Position numbers and translations under genes: made by a program. DNA of 64,000 bases, taken from Candidatus Binatia bacterium. Its GTDB lineage: Bacteria > Desulfobacterota > Binatia > UBA9968 > JAJDTQ01. The stretch is from assembly GCA_022823055.1 (NCBI GenBank), contig JAJDXX010000035.1:22054-86053 (forward strand). The letters are read 5' to 3'. The notes beneath the pieces were generated by a model, which saw only the letters and a list, made by a program, of their open reading frames with translations, ran no database searches and had not been told where the DNA came from. The first letter of the stretch is position 1. Each line of letters starts with the position of its first letter. This document shows, piece after piece, positions 50,043 to 60,219 of this stretch.

Positions 50043-52408
50043 AGAAGAACGGGTTCTCCGTCATCGGCAAGCCGCTGCCGCGCATCGACGGTCCGGCCAA
50101 GTGCGCGGGCGACACGCGTTACGCCGACGACATGGTGCTGCCGCGCATGCTGTTCTCCCGGCTGCTGCGGAGCCCGCACCCCCACGCCTTGGTGCACGGC
50201 GTCTCGGCGAAACGCGCGTTGGAGCTGCCGGGCGTCCACGCGGTCATCACCGGCGCGGACGTGCCCACCAAGTTCGGCATCATGCCTTCCACCCAGGACG
50301 AGGAGGCACTGGCGGTGGACAAGGTGCGCTACGTCGGCGACCCGGTGGCGGCGGTGGCGGCGGTGAGTGAGGACGCGGCCGAGGAGGCGCTCGGCCTCAT
50401 CGAGGTGGACTACCAGGTGCTCGACCCCATCCTGTCCATCGAGGGCGCGCTGGCGGCCGAGGACCACCGCATCCACACCTGGAACCGGCACGCCAATATC
50501 CAGAAGGCGGTGTCCTTCGAGTTCGGCGACGTGGACGCCGGCTTTGCGGAGGCGGACGAGGTGTTCGAGGGCACCTACTTCTTCCAGGGCAACACCCACT
50601 TGCCCATGGAGCAGTACTGCGCGCTGGCCAGCTACACTCCCGACGGCAAGCTGACGCTGTGGTCCTCCACCCAGACCCCGCACTACGTGCACCGCGCCCT
50701 GTCCCGGGTCCTGGGCCTGCCCATGGGGCACATCCGGGTCGTCGCCACGCCGGTGGGCGGCGGTTTCGGCGGCAAGAGCGACCCGTTCTCCCACGAGATC
50801 GCGGTGGCCAAGCTGGCCATGATCACGGGGCGGCCGGTGAAGATCACCCTCAACCGGGAAGAGTCGTTCTATGTGCACCGGGGGCGCCATCCCGTGAAGA
50901 TGTGGATGCGCACGGGGGTCAAGCGGGACGGCACGCTCACGGGCATGTGGTTCCGCTCGTTCCTGGACGGCGGCGGCTACAGCAGCTACGGCCTGGCCAC
51001 GGTCTACTACACGGGTGCGCTGCAGACGGTGACCTACGAGTTGCCGGCCTACAAGTTCGAGGGCGTGCGCGTGTTCACCAACAAGCCGCCGTGCGGTCCC
51101 AAGCGCGGCCACGGCACCCCCCAGCCGCGTTTCGCCATGGAGGTGCAGCTCGACGAGATCGCGGAAAAGCTCGGGCTGGACCCGGTGGAAATGCGCCTCA
51201 AGCAGGTGGTGGCGCCCGACAGCGTCACGGTGAACGGACTGCGGGTGTCGACCATCGGCCTGCGGGAATGCATCGAGAAGGTGGCCGAGCGCTCGGGCTG
51301 GAAGGACAAGCACCGCGCGCTACCCGACGGCCACGGCATCGGCTTCGCCGCCAGCTCCTACATCAGCGGCGCGGGTTTGCCCATCTACTGGAACGACATG
51401 CCCCACTCGGGGGTGCAGCTCCGCGCCGACCGGGGCGGCGGCGTCACGGTCTTCTGCGGCTCCACGGACATCGGCCAGGGTTCGGACTCGATCCTCGCCT
51501 TCGCCGTGGCCGAGGAGCTGGGGCTTCAGCCGGAGGACGTGCGGGTGGTGACCGCGGATACCGACCTTACGCCCGTGGACCTGGGCAGCTACTCCAGCCG
51601 GGTCACGGTGATGACCGGCAACGCCGCCATCCAGGCCTGCGGCAACCTCAAGGAGCGCCTGTTCGAGGTGGCCTCGGAGGTGCTGGAGGTGCCCGCCGAC
51701 GACCTTGAGATGGAGGAAGGGCATGTGCGCAGCCGCAGCCTGCCGGACCTGGGCCTGGCCTTCGCCGAGTGCGTCGAGCGCGCCGAGACCCGCTTCGGCA
51801 CCCTGGGCGCCACCGGCAGCTACCGGCCGCCGCGCCATCCGGGCGACTATAAGGGCGCCGGCGTCGGCCCCACGCCGTCGTACAGCTACTCCGCCGCGGT
51901 GGTGGAGCTCCACTGCGACGCCGACACCGGCGAGATCCGCATCGACAAGGTATGGATCGCCCACGACTGCGGCCGTGCCTTCAATCCCTTGTGGGTGGAG
52001 GGGCAGGTGGAGGGCAGCGTCTACATGGCCCTGGGCGAGGTGCTGATGGAAGAGCAGATCTTCCGCAAGTCGGGTGTGCACAAGATCCCTTCCATCCTCG
52101 AGTACAAGAGCCCCACCACGCTGGAGACGCCGCCCATCGAGACCATCCTGGTGGAGACCGACGACCCCGAGGGTCCCTTCGGCGCCAAGGAAGCGGGCCA
52201 GGGGCCGCTGCTGCCGGTGATCCCGGCGGTGTCCAACGCCGTGTACGACGCGGTGGGGGTGCGCATTCACGAGATCCCCATCACCCCGGACAAGATCCTG
52301 CGGGCGCTGGACCAGCGCCTCAAGGACCCCACGGTGCCGGACTTCGCGTTTCCCGCGCCCATCCGTTGGGCGCCGGGGCAGGGGGTCGAAGTGCCCCAGA
52401 AGAGCTGA
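50039..52408 (+). CDS. Molybdopterin-binding large subunit, xanthine-dehydrogenase family (CoxL/HcrA-like)
   Basis: 789 aa; ATGA overlap with small subunit; Ald_Xan_dh_C and C2 blocks (…GGGFGGK…, …GEP/AGQG…). Confidence 0.85.
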
Positions 52409-52427
52409 GAGAGTTGAGACCGGGCTG

Positions 52428-53453
52428 ATGCTGCGACTTCCCGATTTCACCTACATCCGGCCCCGCACCCTGGCGGAAGCGGCCGGCGTGCTCCAGGAGC
52501 TGGGGGCGGAAGCCATGGCCGTGGCCGGCGGCACCGACGTCTACCCCAAGATGAAGCGCGGTCAGTTCACCCCGCGCTACTTGGTGTCGCTGAGCCGTGT
52601 CGAAGAGCACCGGGGCATCCGCCGGGAGGAGGCGCGCGGGCTGTGGATCGGCGCGGGCGAGACCTTGACCGCGGTCGCCGGACACGCCACGGTGCGCCGG
52701 GAGTTTCCCGCGCTCGCCGCCGCGGCCGGCCTGGTGTCGACCCTGCAGCTCCGCAACGCCGGCACCATCGGCGGCAACCTGTTCGTGGACACCCGCTGCA
52801 ACTACTACGACCAGTCGTTCTTCTGGCGCCAGGCCGTGGGCTTCTGCCTCAAGAAGGACGGCGACATCTGCCTAGTGGCGCCCAAGAGTCGCGTCTGCCT
52901 CGCCATCTGTTCTTCGGACACCGCGCCGGTGCTCAGCAGCCTGGGCGCCGAGGCGGTTCTGGTGAGCGCCCGGGGCAACCGGCGGGTGCCGCTGGAAACC
53001 CTGTACCGCGACGACGGCATCGACTACCTTGCCAAGCGGCCCGACGAGCTGCTGCAGGGGGTTTGGATCCCGGAGTCGTCGTTCGGCTGGCGCAACGTCT
53101 ACCTCAAGCTGCGCCGCAGGGGCTCCTTCGACTTCCCCGTGCTGGGGGTGGCCGCGGCGCTGCGGTTGGGAGCGGCGGGAGCCTGTGAGGCGGTCCGCAT
53201 CGTCCTGACCGCGGTGGCGTCGGCGCCGAAGGTGGTGGAGGATGCGCCCCGGGTGCTGTGCGGCAAGCCCGTGGACGCCGCCGCCATCGAGGAAGCGGCG
53301 GAACTGGCCATGCGTGTGTCCCATCCGCTGGACAACGCGGACATGGATTACTGGTATCGCAAGCGCATGACACGGGTGTACGTGACGCGCGCGCTGCGGC
53401 AACTCGCGGAGGTCGGCGCCACAACCGCCGGCCCGGATGCGGCCCCCGTTTGA
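52428..53453 (+). CDS. FAD-binding subunit (CoxM/HcrB-like) carrying a Cys-rich insertion predicted to bind an extra [4Fe-4S] cluster
   Basis: FAD-binding PCMH domain (AVAGGTDVYPKMK). An inserted loop CNYYDQSFFWRQAVGFCLKKDGDICLVAPKSRVC gives C-x15-C-x7-C-x8-C, the spacing I recall for the extra cluster of 4-hydroxybenzoyl-CoA reductase beta subunits. Confidence 0.8.
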   Translation: MLRLPDFTYIRPRTLAEAAGVLQELGAEAMAVAGGTDVYPKMKRGQFTPRYLVSLSRVEEHRGIRREEARGLWIGAGETLTAVAGHATVRREFPALAAAAGLVSTLQLRNAGTIGGNLFVDTRCNYYDQSFFWRQAVGFCLKKDGDICLVAPKSRVCLAICSSDTAPVLSSLGAEAVLVSARGNRRVPLETLYRDDGIDYLAKRPDELLQGVWIPESSFGWRNVYLKLRRRGSFDFPVLGVAAALRLGAAGACEAVRIVLTAVASAPKVVEDAPRVLCGKPVDAAAIEEAAELAMRVSHPLDNADMDYWYRKRMTRVYVTRALRQLAEVGATTAGPDAAPV

Positions 53454-53473
53454 CCGGGCCGGAAAGGGAAGCC

Positions 53474-54946
53474 ATGGCGGTACCCGCTGAACTGGAAGCA
53501 CGGTTGCGAAGCCTGGAGGATCACCTGCGCGCGGAGAACCCCGTCTTGCTGGGCGCGGTGCAGAGCTTTCGCAGGCTCGACGGCATCGCCCGCGGGCTGG
53601 GGTTGCTGGGCGAGGAGGAGTCCTACGCCACGCGCATCCCCTGGTGGCCGCTGGTCGCGGTGCTGGGGACCTATTCGTCCGGGAAGTCCACGTTCATCAA
53701 CGATTTCCTCGGCCGACGGGTGCAGGACACGGGCAATCAGGCGGTGGACGATCGTTTCTCGGTGCTGTGCTTCGGCACGGAACCGGACGTACGGGTGCTG
53801 CCCGGAGTGGCGCTGGACGCCGACCCGCGCTTCCCGTTCTACAAGATGAGCCGGGCCATCGAGGAGATCAGCCCGGGGGAGGGAAGCCGCATCGACGCCT
53901 ACCTCCAGCTCAAGACCTGTCCCGGCGAGGTGCTGCGCGGCAGGATCCTCATCGATTCGCCGGGCTTCGACGCGGATCAGCAGCGCACCGCCACCCTGAG
54001 GATCACGGACCGCATCATCGATCTGGCGGATCTGGTGCTGGTGTTCTTCGACGCCCGCCATCCCGAGCCCGGCGCCATGCAGGACACCTTGCAGCACCTG
54101 GTGGCGGAGACCATTCACCGGACGGATTCGAGCAAGTTCCTGTACATCCTGAACCAGATGGATCACACGGCGCGCGAGAACAATCCGGAGGACATCGTCG
54201 GGTCCTGGCAGCGTGCGCTGGCGCAGAAGGGGCTCACCGCGGGGCGTTTCTACTGCATCTACAGCCCCAACGCCGCCGTCGTCATCGAGGACGACGGCCT
54301 GCGGGGGAGTTTCGAGCAGAAGCGGGACGAGGATCTTTCGGAGATCCATGGGCGCGTCCGGCAGGTGGGAGTAGATCGCTGCTATCGTATCATGGGCGTT
54401 CTGGAGCACACCGCGCGCGACATCGAATTGCGCCTGGTGCCGCGGCTCCGGGAGATGATCACCGACTGGCGCCGCCAGGTGCGGCGGCTGGACGGCGCCG
54501 TCTTCGCCGTGCTGCTGGCCGCGGCGCTGGGGTGGGCGGTCTGGAAGGGTGCATGGAGTGATTACTGGGCGGTGCTTTCAGGGGCGTCGGCGTGGACCTA
54601 CGGCGTGCTGGCGGTCGCGGCCCTGGTGGCCGGCTATGTCCACCACACCGTCCGGCGATTGGCCGCCGGGCGGGTCCTGCGAACTCTCCGGCGCTCGCTG
54701 GGAGCCGAGCGCGACACCGAGGTGCTCGACGCCCTGACCGCGGCATTCCGCAAGAACACGAGCCTCTGGCGCAACGTGTTCTCGGCGCGTCCGGCCGGCT
54801 GGAACCCCGCCACCCGGCAGCAACTCTCCGAGGTGATCACCGAGGCCAACGGCTACGTGCAGACCCTCAACGACCAGTTCACCAACCCCGGCGGCCGGAC
54901 GGACGCGGCGCCCCCGGCGGATCCGCCCGCCGAGGCGTCCGGGTAG
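53474..54946 (+). CDS. Dynamin-family GTPase with C-terminal membrane hairpin (bacterial dynamin-like protein)
   Basis: P-loop GTYSSGKST, DSPG switch II, NQMD (G4); two predicted C-terminal TM helices. Confidence 0.7.
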   Translation: MAVPAELEARLRSLEDHLRAENPVLLGAVQSFRRLDGIARGLGLLGEEESYATRIPWWPLVAVLGTYSSGKSTFINDFLGRRVQDTGNQAVDDRFSVLCFGTEPDVRVLPGVALDADPRFPFYKMSRAIEEISPGEGSRIDAYLQLKTCPGEVLRGRILIDSPGFDADQQRTATLRITDRIIDLADLVLVFFDARHPEPGAMQDTLQHLVAETIHRTDSSKFLYILNQMDHTARENNPEDIVGSWQRALAQKGLTAGRFYCIYSPNAAVVIEDDGLRGSFEQKRDEDLSEIHGRVRQVGVDRCYRIMGVLEHTARDIELRLVPRLREMITDWRRQVRRLDGAVFAVLLAAALGWAVWKGAWSDYWAVLSGASAWTYGVLAVAALVAGYVHHTVRRLAAGRVLRTLRRSLGAERDTEVLDALTAAFRKNTSLWRNVFSARPAGWNPATRQQLSEVITEANGYVQTLNDQFTNPGGRTDAAPPADPPAEASG

Positions 54947-54955
54947 CCGACGACA

Positions 54956-55648
54956 CTACGACTTGTCCGGGGCGGCTGCCAGAGGAACCTTCCCGGGCAG
55001 GCCGGCGTGTTCCGGCGGGGAGAATTCGCGGCCGACGATGCCCGAGGAGACGATGAACTTGAATGCCTCCTCGATGTTGTAGTCGGTGTCGATGACTTCG
55101 TTCTCGGGCACCAGCACCAGGAAGCCGGACGTCGGGTTCGGGGTGGTGGGGATGAAGACCGACAGCATCGTGTCGGCGGAGGAGAGGTTGAACGTGTCGG
55201 GCCGGGGCGTGGCCACCAGCCCCATCATCCAGGCCCCCTTTCTGGGATACTCGAGCAGCACCACCCGTTGGAAGCTCCGGCGCGGGCCGTGGAGCGTCTC
55301 CACCAACTGTTTGACGGCACCATAGATGGTGCTGACCAGCGGCAGGCGCATGACCATTCGGTTGACCGCGGCCAGGACGCGGCGACCGACGATGTTGGTG
55401 CCGAACACTCCGACGAGGAAGATCAGCGACAGGACGATGAGCAGGTTGATGAACGGGACCAGCGGCGTCAGCCAGTAAAGCCCATCCAGGTTGAACACCG
55501 ACAGGACCCACCTCAGCACAGGCGTGCCCGAGTTGCTCAGCAGATTGAACAGGAACGCGATCAGCAGGTACGTCACGAAAAGGGGGATCAGGATCAGCAC
55601 CCCCGTGATCATCGCGTTTCGCAGGAAATGAGGTTTTCTCGCTTGCAT
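54956..55648 (-). CDS. DUF502 family membrane protein
   Basis: Two N-terminal TM helices and a conserved C-terminal soluble domain typical of DUF502; start taken at MQARKPHF. Confidence 0.6.
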   Translation of the reverse strand: MQARKPHFLRNAMITGVLILIPLFVTYLLIAFLFNLLSNSGTPVLRWVLSVFNLDGLYWLTPLVPFINLLIVLSLIFLVGVFGTNIVGRRVLAAVNRMVMRLPLVSTIYGAVKQLVETLHGPRRSFQRVVLLEYPRKGAWMMGLVATPRPDTFNLSSADTMLSVFIPTTPNPTSGFLVLVPENEVIDTDYNIEEAFKFIVSSGIVGREFSPPEHAGLPGKVPLAAAPDKS

Positions 55649-55809
55649 GAATACTCGTTCGGCGCGTGTGATGGCGCAAAGGATACGTGAACCCCACCAC
55701 CGTGGCAAGAGTCCCCGGAAAGTCCTCGACGCGGTATTGACAATTTTGTCTAAGTCGTTATACAGTCGGCAAAATCCCTGCCCGTTTTCGCAGCACAGGA
55801 GAACAGAAC

Positions 55810-57231
55810 TTGACCTTTCTCAACGACACCACCGATGCGTTGGAGCATTCTCCGTCCGGACCCCTCGGCGGAAATGGGCGCGACGACATTCTCGCGGGGC
55901 TTGAAGAACAGCGGCCGGAAGGCTCCTTCGACCTGTCCGATTACGTGGCGGTCATCGGCGGGGAGCGCATGGACGAGATCAAGCGGCTGGCGGAGCCGTT
56001 GACGGGACGCACGTGGGTCAACGTCAACTCCACCTCCGTGGGCGGGGGCGTCGCCGAGATGCTGCGCAGCGCGGTTCCCTTCGCGCAGGCGCTGGGGCTG
56101 ACCGCCCGCTGGTGCACCATCCGCGGCAACGACGCGTTCTTCCAGGTCACCAAGAAGTTCCACAACCTGCTGCAGGGCGCGGACGGGCCGATTACCCTGG
56201 ACGAAATATTCGGCGCCTACCTCGACACCATCGAGGAGAACGCCCGCGAGGCATTCATCGCCGCGGACCTCACCGTCCTGCACGACCCGCAGCCCGCGGC
56301 CATGATCATGAACGCGCCGATTCTGGGCAAGACGCTCTGGCGCTGCCACATCGATACCTCGATACCCAACAAGGCCGTATGGCGCTTTCTCCTGCCGTAC
56401 ATCAACCAATATGACGGTGCCATTTTCACCACGCGCGAGTTCGTGGGGCCGGGGCTCAAGGTCCCCGTGTACGAGATCATGCCGTGCATCGACCCACTGG
56501 CGCCGAAGAACCGGCAGTATACCCGGGCCGAGGCGCTGGACATCCTCCTGCCGCTGTTCACGGCCGACAGCGTGGACCCCGAAAGGCCCATCTTCGCGGC
56601 TATTTCCCGCTACGACCGTCACAAGAACCAAGGGACCATCCTCAAGGCGTTTTCGCGGCTGGTCGAGGAACGGCCGCGGGGCCCGAGGCCCTACCTGCTC
56701 TTCATCGGCAACACCGCCACCGACGACCCGGAAGGAGACGCGGTGCTGAACGAGTTGCGGCAGCAGGCCGGTGACCGCGCGGACGTCCGGTTCTGGGTCA
56801 ACGTGGAGGACAACGACCGGGTGGTGGGGGCGCTGATGAGCATCGCACGGGGCTTCGTACACGTTTCGACCCGCGAGGGCTTCGGGCTGGTGGTGGCGGA
56901 GGCCCTGTGGCAGGGGGCGCCGGTCATCGGCTCCCGCGTGGGCGGCATCAGGCGCCAGATCATCGACGGAGTCACGGGCCATCTCGTGGAGCCCGGCGAT
57001 GTCGACGCCATCGCCGGGCGCATGGCGGCGGTGCTGGACGACGCGGACGCCGCGGCGGCCCTGGGGCGCCGAGGGCGGGAGCACGTGCACGAGAACTTTC
57101 TGCTTCCGGAGTTGGTGAAGCGTTACCTGATCCTTATGAGACACTATTCGGGCATCATGGCGGATCTTCCGCCGTTTACGTATCGCGAAATTAGCAACGG
57201 TGCAGTCGCTCGTGAGTATCCGTCGGCGTAA
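55810..57231 (+). CDS. Glycosyltransferase family 4, TreT-like (trehalose glycosyltransferring synthase-like)
   Basis: VNVNSTSVGGGVAEMLRSAVPF (compare TreT HVNSTSFGGGVAEIL), SRYDRHKNQ, C-terminal GT-B domain EGFGLVVAEALWQGAPVIGS; TTG start. Confidence 0.7.
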   Translation: MTFLNDTTDALEHSPSGPLGGNGRDDILAGLEEQRPEGSFDLSDYVAVIGGERMDEIKRLAEPLTGRTWVNVNSTSVGGGVAEMLRSAVPFAQALGLTARWCTIRGNDAFFQVTKKFHNLLQGADGPITLDEIFGAYLDTIEENAREAFIAADLTVLHDPQPAAMIMNAPILGKTLWRCHIDTSIPNKAVWRFLLPYINQYDGAIFTTREFVGPGLKVPVYEIMPCIDPLAPKNRQYTRAEALDILLPLFTADSVDPERPIFAAISRYDRHKNQGTILKAFSRLVEERPRGPRPYLLFIGNTATDDPEGDAVLNELRQQAGDRADVRFWVNVEDNDRVVGALMSIARGFVHVSTREGFGLVVAEALWQGAPVIGSRVGGIRRQIIDGVTGHLVEPGDVDAIAGRMAAVLDDADAAAALGRRGREHVHENFLLPELVKRYLILMRHYSGIMADLPPFTYREISNGAVAREYPSA

Positions 57232-57257
57232 CATGACCGCGCATGCTCAACTTTTTC

Positions 57258-57286
57258 TTTACAACTTCGTTAAAGCGGCATACTAT
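57258..57286 (+). promoter_or_regulatory. Putative sigma70-type promoter TTTACA-N17-TACTAT upstream of the HU gene
   Basis: AT-rich intergenic region; hexamers with 17-nt spacing ~60 bp upstream of the HU start; RBS GGGAGGG before the ATG. Confidence 0.35.
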
Positions 57287-57346
57287 TAGTCTTACCGGTT
57301 AAAATTGGAATGACATCCCGGCCACCGGGGTGAGGAAGGGAGGGTT

Positions 57347-57703
57347 ATGGCAGCGACAAAGACACCGGCGAAGGCCGCCCGGACGACGGCGGCCAAGACA
57401 GCGACGAGAATGACCCAGGCACAGATCGTGTCCGATCTGGCGGCCAAGTGCGATCTCAGCAAGACGGTGGCCAAGGATTTCCTGGACAATCTGTCGGCGT
57501 TGGCGGTCAAGGAGGTCAAGAAAAACGGCGTCTTCATCGTTCCGGGCATCGGCCGCCTCGTGAAGGACAGCCGCAAGGCCCGCTTGGGACGCAATCCCGC
57601 CACCGGCGAGACGATCAAGATTCCCGCCAAGAGGGTGGTCAAGTTTCGTGTAGCCAAGGCTTGCAAGGACGCCATCGTACCGCCGAGAAAACCGCGGAGC
57701 TGA
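57347..57703 (+). CDS. HU-family DNA-binding protein with Ala/Lys-rich N-terminal extension
   Basis: TQAQIVSDLAAKCDLSKTVAKDFLD...GRLVKDSRKARLGRNPATGETIKIPAKRVVKFRVAKACKDAI aligns to the HU/IHF fold (RNPxTG arm). Confidence 0.85.
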   Translation: MAATKTPAKAARTTAAKTATRMTQAQIVSDLAAKCDLSKTVAKDFLDNLSALAVKEVKKNGVFIVPGIGRLVKDSRKARLGRNPATGETIKIPAKRVVKFRVAKACKDAIVPPRKPRS

Positions 57704-57781
57704 TCCGCCCCAGGCCGGAGGTCATGGGAGGATGGCCTCCACACGGCGCGGTGTCCTGATGGACTCGGTGGAAGTTGAACC

Positions 57782-58606
57782 ATGGCGGGGGAGTCCAGAC
57801 GGGGCAGGGTTCTGGCCCTCTACCATTTGAAGGGCGGGGTCGGCAAGACTACCGCCGCGGTCAATCTTGCGTATCTGAGTGCTGCTTCGGGTCTCAAGAC
57901 GCTGATCTGCGATCTCGACCCGCAAAGCTCGACGACCTATTTCTTCCGCGTCAAGCCGGCTCTCAAACACGCCCGGAGGGTACTCCTCAAGGGCGGCGCG
58001 AGCGTCGCGGACAACATCAAGGGAACCGACTACGAAGGTCTGGATCTCTTGCCGGCGGATTGGTCTCTTCGGCATCTGCCGTCCCTGCTAGGTCGCGTCA
58101 AGCGATCCAAGAGGCGGCTGAGGGAGATTCTCGATCCGTTCCGCGGTGAGTACGACCTAATCGTTCTGGACAGCCCGGCCACCGCCACTCTGCTGGCGGA
58201 GTGCATATTCGTGGCCGCCGACATGCTGCTGGTTCCGGTGGTCCCGTCTACCCTCGCGGCCCGCGCCTACGCGAACCTGCGCCTTTTCCTGAGGCGCAAG
58301 GGATACGATGAAGCAAAGGTGTGGGGTTTCTTTTCCATGGTGGAAGCCCGCAAGAAGATGCACCAGGCCACGATGCAGGCCATGCGGGAACAGTTCCCGC
58401 AATGGTTGCCGGCGACGATCCCCTACACCGTGGACGTCGAGAGCATGGGCCTCGCCCGGGCACCGCTTCCGGTCCGTTCCCCGAGAGCCGTCGCGACCCG
58501 GCGTTTCCGGGAGTTGTGGGAACAGGTCGCGGGACGCATGGATGGCCGCGACCCGGAAACGGACCCTTGGGTGCGGTCGTTTCCGGTACGCGAAGTTCTG
58601 GAATGA
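57782..58606 (+). CDS. ParA/MinD-family P-loop ATPase
   Basis: Deviant Walker A KGGVGKTT; ...DLDPQSS...; ...ILDSPAT... Confidence 0.85.
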   Translation: MAGESRRGRVLALYHLKGGVGKTTAAVNLAYLSAASGLKTLICDLDPQSSTTYFFRVKPALKHARRVLLKGGASVADNIKGTDYEGLDLLPADWSLRHLPSLLGRVKRSKRRLREILDPFRGEYDLIVLDSPATATLLAECIFVAADMLLVPVVPSTLAARAYANLRLFLRRKGYDEAKVWGFFSMVEARKKMHQATMQAMREQFPQWLPATIPYTVDVESMGLARAPLPVRSPRAVATRRFRELWEQVAGRMDGRDPETDPWVRSFPVREVLE

Positions 58607-60162
58607 AGTCGCCGGCCGCCTCCCCACTCGTCGAACAGTCTTTCCTCGTCCCGTCCGGCGAGGCGGGCCGGGGCGTGTTGTGCGACTTGCGCCGGACCTT
58701 TGCCTTGAGCGAGGACGGCCGCTCCAGGGTGGAAACGCTGTACCACGACACGTTCGACGGGCGCCTCTTTGCCCGCTCCCGCGCGCTGCGCCTCGCCCAG
58801 GGGGAGTTGACGCTCGAATGTCTCGACTCGCCCCACGAAGTGGCTTGCGTAGCCTTCGATGGCTCGCCTGAATTCGCCGACGGGCTTCCTCCGGGTGCGC
58901 TGCGGGAAGCGTTGCGCCCGCTCACCGGGAATCGCGCGTTGCTGCCGCTATTCTCGATCCGCTCCGACGTTCGTGCCTGGTGTCTGACGAATCGCGAACA
59001 GAAGACAGTGCTGCGCTTGGCGCTCCTTGACGAAGAGGCGGCGTCCGGCGGGCGCTCCGAGCGGCTGGATCACCGTGTGGTGGTCCGTCAGGTACGCGGT
59101 TACAAGAAGGCCTTTCGCGAGGTATGCGAATGGTTGGCGCGGCAGGGCGTCGAGCCCGAGGCTAATTCCCGCTTCGGTGAGGGACTCAAGGCGCTGGACC
59201 TGGACCCAGTGCGCATGACGACCCTGCCCCGGACCCCGCTCTCCGCCTCCATGTCCGCGGCCGACGCGGTCCGGGCGGTGCTGCACGCCCAATATCGGGT
59301 GGCTCGCGCCAACGAGGAGGGCATCCGCAACGACACGGACGCCGAGTTCCTGCATGACTTCCGTGTGGCCGTCCGGCGTGCGCGCTCTTTCCTGGGACAA
59401 CTCCGCGACGTCTTCGAGCCCGCTCCCGCGGCCGAGCTGAGGAAAAGCCTGTCACGGCTGGGTCGATCCACCAATGCCCTGCGCGATCTGGATGTGTACC
59501 TGGAACACCGGAAGGAATACCAGGCCCTGCTCAGCGATCCCTTGGCGGGCGATCTCACGCCGCTGTTCGATCATGGCGCGCGGGCGCGGGCCGCGGTCCA
59601 GCGGGAAGTCACGGCCGTGATGCGCTCGGCCGCTTATGGGGATGCGCTGGAGCGCTGGCGGACGTGTGTCGAGGAGGAGGCAGGACTTCCCCCGGGCCGG
59701 TACGGCTCGGAGCCCCTCGCGGAGGTGGTGGGCGCGCGTGTGGCGAGGAAGTGCCGCACCGTCCTGGAGCAGGGCTACGCCATCCCCGAAAACGCCGATC
59801 CGGACGCGCTGCATTCCCTGCGCATCGAGTGCAAGCAGCTCCGCTACCTCACCGAGATCCTCGCGGAACTGTCGCCGGAGGTCCGGGGCGTGGTGTCACG
59901 CCTCAAGAAGCTTCAGGACGCGCTCGGAAGGATACAGGACCTGACCGTTCACGAAGCCCGGACAGGGGAGTTTGCCCGCGCCCTGTCCGAGGGGGGAGGC
60001 GGCGCGGCTCTACCGGCGGCGGAGGTGCTGGTGTCGCGCATGCGCGCGGAAAGGGACCGGGAGTGCGCCAAGGTGCGCGGGCTGTTCGTCAAGTTCAGCC
60101 GCAGCCTGCGCGAAACCGAGCCGCCGTACTCCTTGCTGCTGCCCTGGCTGCTGCCGTTGTAG
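58603..60162 (+). CDS. CHAD-domain protein (with N-terminal CYTH-like region)
   Basis: CHAD His-rich helices FLHDFRVAVRRARSFL ... ALHSLRIECKQLRYLTEIL; ATGA overlap with parA stop; upstream part of the long ORF rejected. Confidence 0.7.
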   Translation: MKSPAASPLVEQSFLVPSGEAGRGVLCDLRRTFALSEDGRSRVETLYHDTFDGRLFARSRALRLAQGELTLECLDSPHEVACVAFDGSPEFADGLPPGALREALRPLTGNRALLPLFSIRSDVRAWCLTNREQKTVLRLALLDEEAASGGRSERLDHRVVVRQVRGYKKAFREVCEWLARQGVEPEANSRFGEGLKALDLDPVRMTTLPRTPLSASMSAADAVRAVLHAQYRVARANEEGIRNDTDAEFLHDFRVAVRRARSFLGQLRDVFEPAPAAELRKSLSRLGRSTNALRDLDVYLEHRKEYQALLSDPLAGDLTPLFDHGARARAAVQREVTAVMRSAAYGDALERWRTCVEEEAGLPPGRYGSEPLAEVVGARVARKCRTVLEQGYAIPENADPDALHSLRIECKQLRYLTEILAELSPEVRGVVSRLKKLQDALGRIQDLTVHEARTGEFARALSEGGGGAALPAAEVLVSRMRAERDRECAKVRGLFVKFSRSLRETEPPYSLLLPWLLPL

Positions 60163-60219
60163 GCGTCCTTTCGGATCACGGTGCGCGGGCCGAGGGCGGC
60201 CGCCGCTCGACCCCGCGGC

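Noticed and set aside
58321-58602. Upstream 94-aa extension of the CHAD-protein ORF
   Set aside because: It overlaps the parA coding region in another frame. ATG 58603 overlaps the parA stop (ATGA), which is the typical coupled arrangement.
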